Origin: the human T2T-CHM13v2.0 reference genome, Homo sapiens | DNA: 64,000 bases | Reading direction: 5' to 3' (one strand) | Assembly (NCBI RefSeq): GCF_009914755.1 | Contig: NC_060934.1 | Shown: in pieces, positions 27,876 to 41,570 of the stretch | Layout of the letters: each line of letters opens with the position of its first letter | Numbering within the stretch: the stretch's first letter is position 1 | Notes under the pieces: model-generated | What the model saw: only the letters and a program-made list of their open reading frames with translations | Told to the model about the DNA's origin: nothing | The model's database searches: none | Program-made: the position numbers and the translations under genes

Positions 27876-29729
27876 TAATTCTTCTGAGGTTCGTTTATGT
27901 TGTAGCTTGTATTAGTACTTATTTTATTTTGGTAAAATATATTTAACATAAAGTTTACTATTTAAATCATTTTTAAGTGTATAATTCAGTGGTATTTAGT
28001 ACATTCACAGTATTATGCAACCAACACCACTATCCATTTTCAGAACTTTTTCATCATCCCACGTAGAAACTCTACACCTTTGAAATAATGGCTGTCCATT
28101 TCCCCTCCTAGCCACTAGTTACTTTTTTCTATGTTCTATCTTTATGAATTTGTCTATTCTAGATACCTCATGGAAGTGGAAACATAGAATTTTTTGTGCT
28201 TTTGTGTCAGACTTATTTCACTTAGCATAATGTTTTCAAGGTCCATCCATGTTGTATATAGCATGTGTCAGAATTTCCTTAAGGCTGAATACTATTGCAT
28301 TGTATATCACATTTTGTTTATCCATTCTTTCGTTGATGGACATTTGGCTGTTGTGAATACTATTAATACTACTCTGAACATGGGTGTACGGATATTGGTT
28401 AGAGTCCCAGCTGGATTATATGTGGTTATGCTTAATTTTTTGAGGAACTACCACACTTTTCACAGTAGCTACACCATTTTACATTCCCACCGGCAATGTA
28501 CAAGGGTTCTAATTTCACTACATCCCCTCCAATATTTGGTATCTTTCCTTTCTTAAAAAAATAGCCAGCCTAGTGAGTGTGAAGTGGCATCTCAATGTGG
28601 TTTTGATTTGCATCTCCCTAATTGCTAGTGATGTTGAGCATTTGTTATGTGCTTATTGGCCCTTTGTGTATCTTACTTGGAGAAATGTCTATTCAAGTCC
28701 TTTGCCCATTTTTGAATTGGGTTGTTGTTCGTTGTTGAGATGTAGGAGTTCTTTATATATTCTGGCTGTTAATCTCTTGTCATATATATGATTTGGAAAT
28801 ATTTTCTCCCATTGTGTGGGTTGACTTTTCTTTATTGATGGTATCCCTTAATGCACAAAAACTTTTAATTTTGATGTTTAATTTGCGTGTGTTTTTTTTT
28901 TTAAATGAAGTGTTGATGTTAATTTTTAAACATTTGGTAGAATTCACCAGTGAAGCTTTCTGTTTCTGAGATTTTCTTCGTGGGAAGTTTTCTTAATCAG
29001 TAATTTAGTCTTTTTACTTGTTACATAGGTCTATTCAGATTTTCTGTTTCTTCTTAAGTCAGTTTCTTTTCTTTTTTCTTTTTTTCTTTCAACAGCTAAG
29101 CATATCATAGAGTTAGTTTCGGTAGTTTCCTGTCTTTGTAGGAATTTGTCCATTTTAACTAGGTTATCCAATTTGTTGGCATAAAGTTGTTCATAGGGTC
29201 TTTTAAAATCCTTTTTATTTCAGTGAGGTTGAGAGTAATGTTCCCTCTTTGTTTTTTGATTCTAATAAATTGAGTCACCTTTCTTTCTTGGCCAGTCTAA
29301 CCAAAGGTTTTTCAGTTTTGTTGATCCTTTAAAAAAAAACTTGTGTTCATTGGCTTTTCTTGATTGTGTTTCTGTTGTCTGTTTTATTTATTGCCTCTCT
29401 TTATTGTTTCCCTCCTTCTCCTTTGCTTGCTTTGGGTTTCCTTGCTCTTTTTCCTCGTTTCTTAAGGTATAATCTTAGGTTATTGATTTGAGATCTTTTT
29501 CCCCAATTCTTTAGATTGTAGCAAAATAAACATAGCATAAAATTTACCATCTTAATGGTATTAAATACCTGCATAATGTTGTGAACTCTAGTCCCCATCT
29601 ACCTCCAGAACTCTTTAAAACTGAAACTGTATACCCATTAAACAATTAAACAATAACTCCCCATTCGCTGCTCCCCAGGCCCCCTGGCAACCACCATTCT
29701 ACTTTCTGTCTATGATTTTGACTACTCTT

Positions 29730-30015
29730 TTTTTTTTTTTCTTTTTTTGGAGATATGGTCTTACTCTGTCACCCAGGCTGGAGTTCAGTGGCGCAATCGT
29801 GGCTCACTGCAGCAAGTGATCCTTCCACCTCAGCCTCTCGAATAGCTGGGACTACAAGTGTGTGCCATCATGCCTAGATAATTTTAAAAATTTCTTGTAG
29901 AGACAGGGTCCCACTATATTGCCCAGGCTGGTCTCACACTCCTTGGCTGGAGCAATCCTTCCACCTTCATCTCCCAAAGTGCTGGAATTATAGGTGCAAG
30001 TCACTGTGCCCGGCC
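29730..30015 (-). mobile_element. AluJ inserted in L1
   Basis: TSD tgattttgactactctt at 29713-29729 and 30017-30033. Confidence 0.93.
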
Positions 30016-32482
30016 TTGATTTTGACTACTCTTAGTACCTCATCTAAGGGGCATCATACAGCATTTGTCCTGTTGTGACCAGCTTATTTCACTTAGCGTA
30101 ATGGCTTTAAAGTTCATCCCTGTTATAGCGTATTCCATGTATGTATGTACCACATTTTGCTTATCCATTTATGCGTCTGTGGACACTTGGGTTGCTTCTG
30201 CCTTTTAGCTATTGTGAATAATGCTGCTATGAACACGGGTATACCACTATCTCCTCCAGACCCTGCCTGCTTTCAGTCCTTTGGGGTATATACCTGGAAG
30301 TGGAATTGCTGGAGCATATGGTAATTCTATTTTTAATTATTCGAGGAACCAGTATACTGTTTTACACAGCACCTGTAGCGTTTTACATTCCCACCAACGG
30401 TGCACAAGTGTTTCAATTTCTCCACATCTTTGTCAACACTTATCATTTTTTCTGTTTTTCTTTATAGTAGCCATCCTGATGGGTGTGAGGTGGTATTGAG
30501 ATCGTCTTTTTTTTTTTTTTTTTTTAATGTAGGTGCTTATAGGTATAAATTACCTTCTCACCGTTTTACTACACCCTTAAGTTTTCTTGGGTTATGTTTT
30601 CCTTTTCATTAATCTCAAAGTATTTTCTAATTTCCCCTGTGATTTTTTTCATTGACCCATTGGCTATTTAGGAGGATGTTGATTTTCACGTATTTTAATT
30701 TTCTATATTTCTTTGTTCTTTCAGATTTTATTCTGTCTTTGGAGAACATGCTTTCTATGATTTTTTATCTTTTTAAATCTGTAGAGACTTGTTTTATGGC
30801 TTAACATTGTTTATCATGTGTAATATCCATATGCCCTTGAGAATAATATATTGTATTATTTCTAGTTCAAATAATTTATAGATGTTGATAATGTATTGTG
30901 TTATTAGAGGAAAATATATGTCATTTTAATCTGATGATTTAATATTTTGAGGCTATCCTTTTGACTTATATAAAGAGCTCCCTGTTTATGTTATCTGAAT
31001 TTATTGGGAGGCATATCTGTGTCCAGAACATAGCATGTTTAAGTGACAGGTATGAATCTTGTTAGTGCCTATTACTGCCTGGTAACTGGCATCATGGGCA
31101 AGGAACTGAACTTCAGTAAATGGAGGACTTGGTTTGCTGTGAATGTTTTGAACACTGAATGAGTCCTTTGCTTATTATATAATTTTTGAGAGCCTAAGCA
31201 CATGATGTTTCGTAGGTTATATGAATGATTACTCTGCTTTACTATTATCATTAATTACCATAAAGCATCCCCATGAAATGCATGTTTGCTACATTCTTGG
31301 CCTGTCATTTAAATAGATCTGTTTTTACTGACCTGTGATTTATCTACAACAAAGAGCATCCCTTGTATGTGTATGGTTTGATAGTTTGATGAGTTTTGAC
31401 AAATATATATACCTATATAAGTATCACCCCAACCAAGATAGCATTTAATCACTCCCAAAAGTTCCTTCCACCTTATGCAAGTACTAATATGCATTGTCAC
31501 TATAGATTAAATTTCCTTTTCTAGAATTTCATAAAATGAAATAGTATTGTCAGTACTCCTGTGTCTAGCACTAAATGTGTTTCTAAGATGAATTCAAATT
31601 TTTGTATGTATCAATATTCCTGTTTCTTGGGGAAGAGGTATTACATTGTGTTAATATATTACAATTTATCCATTCATCTGTTGATGGGCATTTGGATTGT
31701 ATCCAGGTTTTGACTCTGAACAGAGCCTCTGTGAACATTCTTATAAAGAGTACTGGGTAGTATGCTTTCATTTTCATGTCCTTAAGGGAAATTATGGTTC
31801 TGTGATTTCATTTGTTGTAAGCCTTAGATATTTGTTATTTGATTTCCAAATATTTGGGTATTTTTATGCTATCATTTTGTTATCAATTTGTAGTTTAATT
31901 TTGTTATGGTCAAAGAATGTACTTTGTATGACTTTAGTCCTTTTAAATTTATCAGTGTTTGTTTTATAGGACAGAATGTAGTCCATTTTGTTGAATTTTC
32001 CATGCACATGAAAAAAAATGTGTATAATGCCATGGGTGGGTGGATTGTTGTGTAATGCCAGTCAGGTCAAGTTTCATGATAGTGTCATTCAGGTATTCCA
32101 TATCAGTACTTTTTTTTCTTGTGTTATCAAGTCATTGAGGGGGCATGTTGAAGTTTCCAGTAGATTTGTCTGTGTTTCCTTTCGGCTGTATCGATGTTTC
32201 CTTTATATATTTTGAAGTTCTATTTTTGTGTTCAGGCACATTTAGAATTATGTTTCCTTGGGGGACTTAACCGTTTTATTATTATGTACTGTCTCTCTTT
32301 ATCCCTGTTAGTATTCCTTGTTATGAAAACTGCTAACGGTAGTGAATAGATAAAAGTGTAGTTGGATTACAATCTTAATCTGCCATTTTTCTAGATGATT
32401 GGTTATGTTTCTTCTGTTTTCTCTTTCTGTCTTTTGTGTATCAATCAAATGGTTTTTATGGTTTTATTTTTTTGATTTAAAA

Positions 32483-32772
32483 CTTTGTTTTGAGACAGGG
32501 TCTCACTCTGTCTCTCAGGATGGAGTACGGTGGTGCCATCACAGCTCACTGCATCCTCGACCTCTGGGGCTCAAGTGAACCTCCCACCTCAGGCCATTCA
32601 CTGCGCCCATAGGAGCCGGGACCATTTCTGGCTAATTTTTGTATTATTTTTTGTAGAGATAGGGTTTCACAGTGTTTCCCAGGCTGGTCCCAAACTTCCG
32701 GACTCAAGCCATCTGCCCACCTCGGCCTCCCAAAATGCTGGGATTATAGGTGTGAGCTGCTGCACCCAAGCT
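32483..32772 (-). mobile_element. Diverged AluJ
   Basis: gagacagggtctcactctg...cacctcggcctcccaaaatgctgggatta. Confidence 0.88.
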
Positions 32773-33984
32773 ATTTTATTTTCATTTTTCTCTTAAAAAT
32801 ATTTGTAGTGGTGGCTCTGTGTTAAATTTTTTCATTTTTTTTCTCTCTGTACTTCAGTTTGGGTACTTTCAGCATATTTTCAAATTTACTGATCTTTCAT
32901 TCTTACCTGATTAATTCCATCCACTTTTTAATTTTACATATTTTTTTGTCTCTAGACTTTTATCTGGGCCCTTTTTAATATATTTCTTCATCATTATGCG
33001 GATGATTTCCAGCATGCTTATAATAGCTTATATAAAGTCCTTGACTGCTAATTTCATCATCTTTGTTATTTCTGCATTCTCAGTTGACTGAATTTTCTGC
33101 TAGTTGTGTATGGTAGTTTTCTTCTTCATATCATGTCTTCATATCATTTTATTGAATGCTTAGTATTTTGAATTTTATATTTTTGAGCATCAGGTGTTGT
33201 ATTCCTGTTAAGGAGTATTGGACTTTATTTTTTCAGAAGTGGTTACATTTGTCTGTGGCTTATGTTGTTAGGCAGTATGTAGGTATGATTGAGCTGCATT
33301 GCTAGGGTCTAAACTCCCCTGTATATCCACTGAATCCTCTGGATTTTCAATAGATGCTTCACTGTGGCCTCATCTCTGACAACTGTGTGAGCGTTGGATC
33401 TCTTTAGCATATCGCCCTCGGTCACTTTTTGACCAGTTTCATGGAGTTTTTCACCTGTGCATGCGTGGGTTTTTCAGAAGGTCTTCACTGATACTTGGAA
33501 AGTGCCTCTAGGCAGAAAGTTGAGGCAAACTTCTGGCTTATCTAATTCATTTTCCTTCTTGGATATTATCATTCAGTACTGCCTGTGGCCTCATGTCTTT
33601 AAAAAGTTAACCTCAGTGTGGAAAATCTGTTTTTCCAGTTTTCTAATTGTTTACAACGGGAGTGTAAGTCTGGTCTGTTTTTCCACCCTGGCTGGAAGTG
33701 GAAGTCATGGCCTACCATTTTATTTTCAAACCTTTTTTTTTTTCCTACCCAGAATTAGCCTGAAATGCCTCATCTACGATTACTAATAAGAGAGCCTGTT
33801 AATTTTGTTTGAAAAATTTAAAGGAACTAGTTTACAGTTTTTCAACCGTGTTATTAATAAAAATTAAATTTCCCTACTTTATCATAGTCTCCCTTTTTAT
33901 CGTAGTCTTTTGTCTATAACAGTTAAGGGGCAGGGGGAAGCTAGATGTATTATTAAGTAATTTTTACTTTTCTCATTTTTTTAG

Positions 33985-34060
33985 ACCTAAGGATTGTCTT
34001 CGGTCTATTATGAGAAGAGTGAACCACAAAGATCCTCACGTTGCTATGCAGGCTTTGACT
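33985..34060 (+). CDS. STAM: STAM exon 3 (76 nt), [25 protein letters not shown]
   Basis: ttttttag|ACCTAAG...TTGACT|gtgagt; phase matches exon 2. Confidence 0.97.
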
Positions 34061-34141
34061 GTGAGTGGTTTCATTTTAATCTGTACCACGAAATTACCTG
34101 CCACAATTGAGCCCCTTTAACTTCTGATTTTGTGCTTTTAG

Positions 34142-34237
34142 CTTCTAGGAGCATGTGTATCAAACTGTGGCAAAATTTTTCATTTAGAAGTATGTTCAAG
34201 AGATTTTGCTAGTGAAGTAAGCAACGTATTAAATAAG
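34142..34237 (+). CDS. STAM: STAM exon 4 (96 nt), [32 protein letters not shown]
   Basis: ttttag|CTTCTA...AATAAG|gtaagg; VHS NCG motif. Confidence 0.97.
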
Positions 34238-34684
34238 GTAAGGAGCATTATTTCCAGAAATTAATTAAGGCAGTCTTCTTTCTTCACATATTTTATTGTT
34301 TAAATCTTCACAGAGGACTATTCTGTGCTTTTTAAGAAATCCTTTCTAGGCTGTGTCTATCCAGTATATAAATAAATATTATGTTTTGTTGAAGAGACTG
34401 CGGATTCATGTAACTTTGAGTTAGTTTTTTCAAGCCATATTAGAGTGTTTTTAACCTGTTCTTTTCCATCATACTTTCATCTGATAAGAAAACAGGTATT
34501 TCTATATCTAATTAAATAATATCAGTCTATTTTACATACTGTTTTTGTAGGCACAAGGTATTTTCCTAATGGAAAACCTTTCAGAAACACTGCAAAAAGT
34601 CTATGGCACCGTTGAGTTTTTATCTTTATCAATAAGGCTGCTTCCTGGCCATCACAGGATTTTAATACTATACTGCTATTCTTA

Positions 34685-35112
34685 CTGGCTGAACCCACAG
34701 CTGGAGTTGCCTCAAAAGTGGTGGCGGGGGAGTTTCCACAAGGGACTGCCCCAAACTGTTCCAGATAGGGCCAGATGAGAGTCCAAAAAAAGAGGCACTA
34801 AATGCCAGGGTGATCAGTCTAAAGCATTTATTAGGGGAACTTACACAGGAGGGCTGCAGTTTATAGGAGGGTTTAAGGAATTTGGCTCAGGGTTGGGGCT
34901 GGTTTCTGTGTGTTTAGCAACATACTTGATCTTTTAGTGTTTTGGGCCACAACCTGAACAACTTTATCAGTGCCTGAGAATGTTCAAGGCCCCAGTTTGG
35001 GTCCAAACCTATGGTGGAAAACATGCAGCTGGCTAGGTCACAGAGCGGGACAAGGCACTCTGTTTTTCTATTGGGACACAGAAAGAAAGCAGGGAGAACT
35101 GGGGACCCTACA
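34685..35112 (-). mobile_element. ERVL LTR (MER73/MER74-like)
   Basis: Ends ...gggagaactggggaccctaca (minus strand TGTAGGGTCCCCAG); minus-strand AATAAA at about 34827; left boundary approximate. Confidence 0.65.
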
Positions 35113-35687
35113 ACTGCCCACTCAACTGTAGAATTCTAGTCACACAGTTCAAGAAATTTTTCAATTTTCAATTAGTAATATGTGAGTTTCCCCAGTAAAA
35201 ATTTGTGCATTCTAAAAGTAATTATTTTTGGCCTTTTTAGGGGGAGTACTGTAAATCAAGAAAAAGTTTTTGTATGTTAAAAGGGAAAATGCCTCATGTT
35301 TTTGGGAAAAATGAATAGTTCCAGGTTACAGTAGAAAAATAGCAGTATAGAAATATAGTAAGAATGTAAAATTCTGTACTTTTCGAACATCATGGTTAAA
35401 TGATAATTCTTTCCCTTTCCTGCTTTACGCAGTTAATATTTATTTTCTACTAATTAATAAACATTGTCTTTTAATGTCCTGAATGTCCATCGAGATTACA
35501 ACTGTTTATGAAGAGATTCTAATACCATGTTTTTTGTAATGTAGGTGAAAAATGTGGTATACTTACCTATGTATAATAGTGCAAGCAGGCATTTCCAAAA
35601 ACGACTTCCTATAGGCAAGAGGACTTCTCTTTATTTTCTGAATGTTTTACAGTGAACATATTGGTTTTGTACTTAATAACATCCCGC

Positions 35688-35987
35688 CTTTTTTTTTTTT
35701 TTTTTGAGACAGTGTCTCTCTTTGTCACCCAGGCTGGAGTACAGTGGCGTGATCTCAGCTGACTATAGCCTCTGCCTCCCGGGTTCAAGTGATTCTCCTG
35801 CCTCAGCCTCCTGAGTAGCTGGGATTACAGGCATGCGCCACCACGCCTGGCTGGTTTTTGTAGTGTTAGCAGAGATGGGGTTTCACCATGGGGATGGTCA
35901 GGCCAGTCTCGAACTCCTGACCTTGTGATTGCCCACCTCGGCCTTCCAAAGTGCTGGGATTACAGGCATGAGCCACCGCGCCCAGCC
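35688..35987 (-). mobile_element. AluS
   Basis: Antisense dimer; TSD aacatcc(c/t)gcc. Confidence 0.93.
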
Positions 35988-36503
35988 AACATCCTGCCCT
36001 TTTAAAAAATTTCCTTTTATTAAACAAATTAAGTTCATGTATAGTCTCAATAAAGCGTTTGCAAATCCATTATATGCTCCTTGACCAAAATACAGATTAC
36101 ATGTGCACTTAGAAAGAATTTTTTTTCTTCTAATAGAGTAATCTAAAAGTCTAACCTTCTCCATTTTTAAAAGCTTTAGCCAATTATTTAGTAAGCATTG
36201 GTTTGAAATACATTCATGACATTTCATAGAGGAGTTATTTCTTCTCTGGTATCTGTGAAGGTTTCTTTATATCTATTACATCAAATAGTAAGACTTCAAA
36301 TTATTGCCGCTATGAAGATACATCAGTATTTTAATGAACTGGCCAGGTTTTTTCCCTTAATAAGCAATGAGTAAAATAATTTATTTTGAAAACTCACTAC
36401 ATTTATCTCTTTCTTTAATACGGAAGAATAATGCCCTGCACACCTGCCTTAGACTAACTTGAATCTTTGTTATACATCAACCATAAAGAGTTATGTTATT
36501 TTG

Positions 36504-36841
36504 GGCTGGGCACGGTGGCTCATGCCTGTAATCGCAGCACTTTGGGAGGCTGAGGCGGGCGAATCAGTTGGGGTCAGGAGTTCAAGACCAGCCTGGCCAA
36601 CATGGTAAAACCCCGCGTCTGCTAAAAGTACAAAAATTAGCTGGGCATGGTGGTGCGCGCCTGTAATCCTACTCGGGAGGTTGACACAAGAGAATCGCTT
36701 GAACCGCATCCCCCACCCCCCTCTGGGAGGCGGAGGTTGCAGTGTGCTGAGATCGAGCCACTGCAGTCCGGCTTCTGCCACAGGGTGAGACTCTGTCTCA
36801 AAAAACAAACCAAAAAAAAGAAAAGAAAAGAAAGGAAAAAA
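36504..36841 (+). mobile_element. AluS with a C-rich internal insertion
   Basis: TSD agttatgttattttg at 36489-36503 and 36842-36856. Confidence 0.94.
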
Positions 36842-37336
36842 AGTTATGTTATTTTGAAGAAATTAAATTTTCAAAATGATTAACATGCAGTGTACCTCAA
36901 ACTAGGCCCCAGATAATTAAGCATCATGGAAAAAATGCATAGTCATGAACATTAAGAAGTCAGGAATTTGGAATAAAGGAACTGTATCATTTATTCTCTC
37001 CTTCCCACTTTTTTATTGCTTTGCAAAAAGCAGACACTTTTCCTTGTCTTACTGATGTACAAACCTTGCTTCGTTGCAAAATATTCTGAAAAGTCCTTTC
37101 AGATCTCCAAAATCTTATTACCTATTTAATGCTTTAATTTGAAGTGAGATATATATGATGGGTTTTTTCATAGTGTGAACATTAGTTTTATTTCGAATAA
37201 CTATATTTTCTTGTCTATAGCTATGCATAACTTGTGATTCAAAAAACATCACTTAATAACTTTACTATTTAAAATGTCTGTATTAAATCATTGGCTAGGA
37301 AATTGGTGCTCTTTTATTTCTTTTTCTATTTTACAG

Positions 37337-37483
37337 GGTCATCCTAAAGTATGTGAAAAATTAAAGGCTCTTATGGTTGAATGGACAGATGAATTTAAGA
37401 ATGATCCACAGCTTAGTCTAATATCAGCAATGATTAAGAACCTTAAGGAACAAGGAGTTACGTTCCCAGCTATTGGCTCTCAG
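37337..37483 (+). CDS. STAM: STAM exon 5 (147 nt), [10 protein letters not shown]...[10 protein letters not shown], end of VHS
   Basis: ttacag|GGTCAT...TCTCAG|gtattt; lies within ORF 37274..37498. Confidence 0.97.
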
Positions 37484-37770
37484 GTATTTTGGGAATGAAG
37501 TTGTGTGTGTGCTACAGTTTGTTTCTCTTAAATAGCTATATTTATTTGAATTTTTTTCTTCATTCCCAGGTAATTTTTACTACTTCAGAGGAATTTTCGT
37601 TAGCTAATTGTGTTAGTAACTAGTTGTATTGCTAGTTAGTAATACTAGTTTTCTGGCATTCAGAGGTGCCAGAAAAGTATTATAATGGAATATTAATGTG
37701 CTCTAACCTCTCTACTTCTTTATAAATGAATTGGTTTAACATTTTGCAGTTTTTGAAATTTTTTGGTATA

Positions 37771-38072
37771 GTTTTTGTTTGTTTGTTTTTGAGACGGAGT
37801 CTTTGTTTGTCGCCCTGGGTAGAGTGCAGTAGCGTGATCTCGGCTCACTGCCACCTCTGCCTCCTGGGTTCAGGTGATTCTCCTGCCGCAGCCTCCTGAG
37901 TAGCTGGGACTACATGCACGTGCAGCCAGACCTGGAAATTTTTTTTTTTTTTAAATAGAGGTGGGTTTCACCATGTTGGCCAGGCTGGTTTCGAACTCCT
38001 GACCTCAGGTGTTCTGCCCGCCTCGGCCTCCCAAAGTGCTAGGATTACAGGTGTGAGCCACCAGGCCCAGCC
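37771..38072 (-). mobile_element. AluSx-like
   Basis: Antisense dimer; TSD gta(t/c)agtttt. Confidence 0.93.
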
Positions 38073-39049
38073 AGTACAGTTTTAATAATATACACAAAAT
38101 AGCTTTATTAATTAGGTAACACTGTCTTTTTAAATGCTCTTAATGCTATAATTTTCTACAAAGAATGATAGCTCAGAAATCAGGATATCCTTAAAAGTTA
38201 GGGATGACTTGAGAGATTCTTTTGTGGAGGAAATTTATGAATTCCTCTATTAACAATGAGAGGACTTTAGAAGGGGTAAATGGGAAGAGAAGCACCTGAA
38301 GCATTTTCTCCTTAGTAAGAGCCGACCAGTACATAAGTCTTCCTTTCCCCAGTGGATATGGCTAAATAGCTTAACTTTGCTCTCCTGTCCACCCTTGTGC
38401 CAAAAAAATTCAGTCTCTAATTTATGTCATGTAGAAAAAAATCAAGAAATGTCTTTTTTATTCCTATTTCTATTTTGGGTAACCTTCCTTTAGGATGCCC
38501 AACTAATCAAGAGGCTTAAAATATGTGCTGATTTACTACACTGTCTTTCCCCAGTTTATTGACTGGGACAGACTGTAATGAGCGATGTGAAACCATGAAC
38601 AGAAATCTGTGAGTGTGGAGGGGCTTATGTTTTGACCACTTCAGGGAGTCATGTAGCTTATCTACATTCATCCAGACCTACATGTGCTTTCTTCCCAAGG
38701 TATTTCCAGTTTATCTGAGCACTCTTGAGATGTGAAGACTCAAAAATGTATCTGGGAGAGGAAGGAAGCAAAGGACATTTTTCTTCTTAAAAAAATTTTG
38801 GTTTAAAATTTTCTTAAAAAAATTATGTCTTTGAAAATTCATTCATTCATAACTGATAGCTGGTTTTTACTACTCAGTATAGTTTCTAGAATCTGTATAA
38901 TTAAGGAAAAATCTTAAACAGAATAATCCAAGACATTATACATTCCTTGACAACAGAAACAATGTTTATTTATCAAAGAGTAGACTCACTGCAGAGAACC
39001 CACCTAGAATAGGTAGAGAAAATGCAAGCCCACTAAATATCTAGAGTCT

Positions 39050-39218
39050 TTGGTTCTTGTTAACTCAAAACTTGGTTTGACCAGCATCACTGGCATTACC
39101 TGGAGGCTTGTTAGAAATGCAGCATGGTTGAACCCACTCCAGACCTATGGGTTCATTATCTCCATTTTAACAAGATCTTCAGAGGATTTATATGCACGTT
39201 GAGGTCTGAGAAGCACTG
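39050..39218. mobile_element. MER5 (hAT-Charlie)
   Basis: ggcattacctggaggcttgttagaaatgcag...cattttaacaagatc...tgagaagcactg. Confidence 0.75.
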
Positions 39219-39339
39219 CTGCTCTAGAGGACAGCCTTCAGTGCAAGTGAAAACTGCGTTTCAGTCCACAAAGGGACTTAATCTTGTAAGAAAAGGAAGA
39301 ATTAATGATTGTGCCATATGTACCCTTGTTTGGTTAATC

Positions 39340-39520
39340 TAGAATCTTAGCCACGGAAACAGTTTTAGGGAGCCTCTAATCTAATCCGCTCATTTTTACA
39401 GATGAGGAAACTGAGACTCAGAATGGTTAAGTGACTTGCCCAGGGACACAGCTCATAGTTGACAGCTGGAACTAGAACACAGGCATGCTGATTCTCAGTC
39501 CAGTGTTCTTTTCGCTGCCC
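39340..39520 (-). mobile_element. MIR
   Basis: cattttacagatgaggaaactgagactcagaatggttaagtgacttgccc. Confidence 0.85.
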
Positions 39521-40546
39521 GAGTCTGCCTTCTTTGTTAGAGAGGTTAGTGAATATGTGTCTGTCTAGACCAGGCTTCCAGTGGAGTGAATGCTGGCAAG
39601 AGCATTATGTCTTGATTGGTAGAGAAACTAGCTTATTCTCTTGTTCAAGAAATTCAGGACATAGAAGAGCAATAGTAAAGATAGGACTTAATTTTCATCC
39701 TTTGATCTAGATGTTATAAAGTATGTAACAGCTAATCTTGTCATAGTGGCTATATTTCACCTACAAGAAATATATATAAAGTAAAATATGATGAGGTAGA
39801 ATGATTTTTTTAGTGGTTTCTGAAAAGCTTATTAGAAACCCTACATGTAAAGAGCTTCACATTAAATGAAAAAAATAAATCATCTAAGTTCAACTGCAGA
39901 ACTCCCTGTAGATTTTAAAGCCACTTAGTTACTTAAGTTATTACTGTGTTTTCATCAGACTAGATTTTTGTTAGGGCATACTTAACAAAAACCTCTGAAG
40001 ATATATTTTTCTAAGTATATTTTTTTCATCTGAGTACAGAAGAAAATAATGTAAAAATATTAAGAAAAGTGATAAAGTCACCTGACTCATACTGATGCAG
40101 TTCTGTTAGCACTAACTTTTGATGTAAAGATAGAAGTAGGCTAGCAGCACCGCTACCGTAGTTGGCTGCTTAATAAGACAAGTGTTATTGTTACATTTAG
40201 AACCTGATGATAGAAAGGAACTTTGAATAAAAAGTGCAGTTCAGAAACATGCGGCTTCACATAGCTTATTTCTGCGCTTCTCTACTGGTAGAGATTTCTT
40301 CACACACCATAAAAGTTCAAATCTATCTAATTGTGAAGTTTGCCAAATTGTGAACAAAAATTTATGTAAACCGTAAAACTTATTTCTGACCAGGCATACC
40401 TGTAGTTTTCAGAAGTGTCTGATAATTAAAACATTATCTAAAGAAAATTGCAACTAGAGATAGGTCAGAATTGAGAGTGTTTAAAGTTGTATTCCGTGAA
40501 CACCAAAAAGTTTTTTTCTTCTCAGCTCTTCTAAAAATAAATGCCT

Positions 40547-40850
<304 letters not shown>

Positions 40851-41389
40851 AATGCCTGTGCATTTGTTTGACAACACGAAATCCAGTTAAGTGAGGAATG
40901 TAGAACTGTATTTTATTATAATGTTGAATATTTTTCCTTTCATACCCTCAACAAACATTGATTGATTGCTTGTAATATTTAGGCACATTCCCTCAGGGAA
41001 CATACAGTCTGGTTGTGGAGACAGACATGTAATCAGACAATTATAACAGAAGCTGAGATTATTGCCTGTTACAATGTTCCAGTCAGTGTTCTAAGTGCTG
41101 TACATGTGGCAATTTGAATGTGTTTTAGAATTTCATTTTTAAATTGTTTGCCCTGGGAATGACAATACACATTCATAACTTTTCATGATCTACTTTGAGT
41201 TAATATTTGATGTAAAATATAGCAACTTTGCATCTGTAGAGGTCTATTTACACTGTAGTTGTCATGTGTATTACCTCTACATACGTTATAAGCCCCGGAG
41301 GTAATGTTACATACTTTTTGTTTTAAACCCTGAATGAGCCCATCTCATCTGATTTTGGAATCACATGTGTTAATTTAATACTTTAAATA

Positions 41390-41570
41390 GGCTGTGAGGT
41401 GCCCATGAGGTGTAGGTGCTATTATCGTAGTCATTTTATTGATGAGGAATTTGAGGCACCAAGAGGCTAATTTGCCCAGTGTCATCCAGCTAGAAAGTGG
41501 TAGATCTGGGATTTGAACTCATGTCTGTCTGACTCCACAACTTACATTCTTAACCACTCATATCACAGTA
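41390..41570 (-). mobile_element. MIR
   Basis: cattttattgatgaggaatttgaggcac...gggatttgaactc. Confidence 0.75.
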
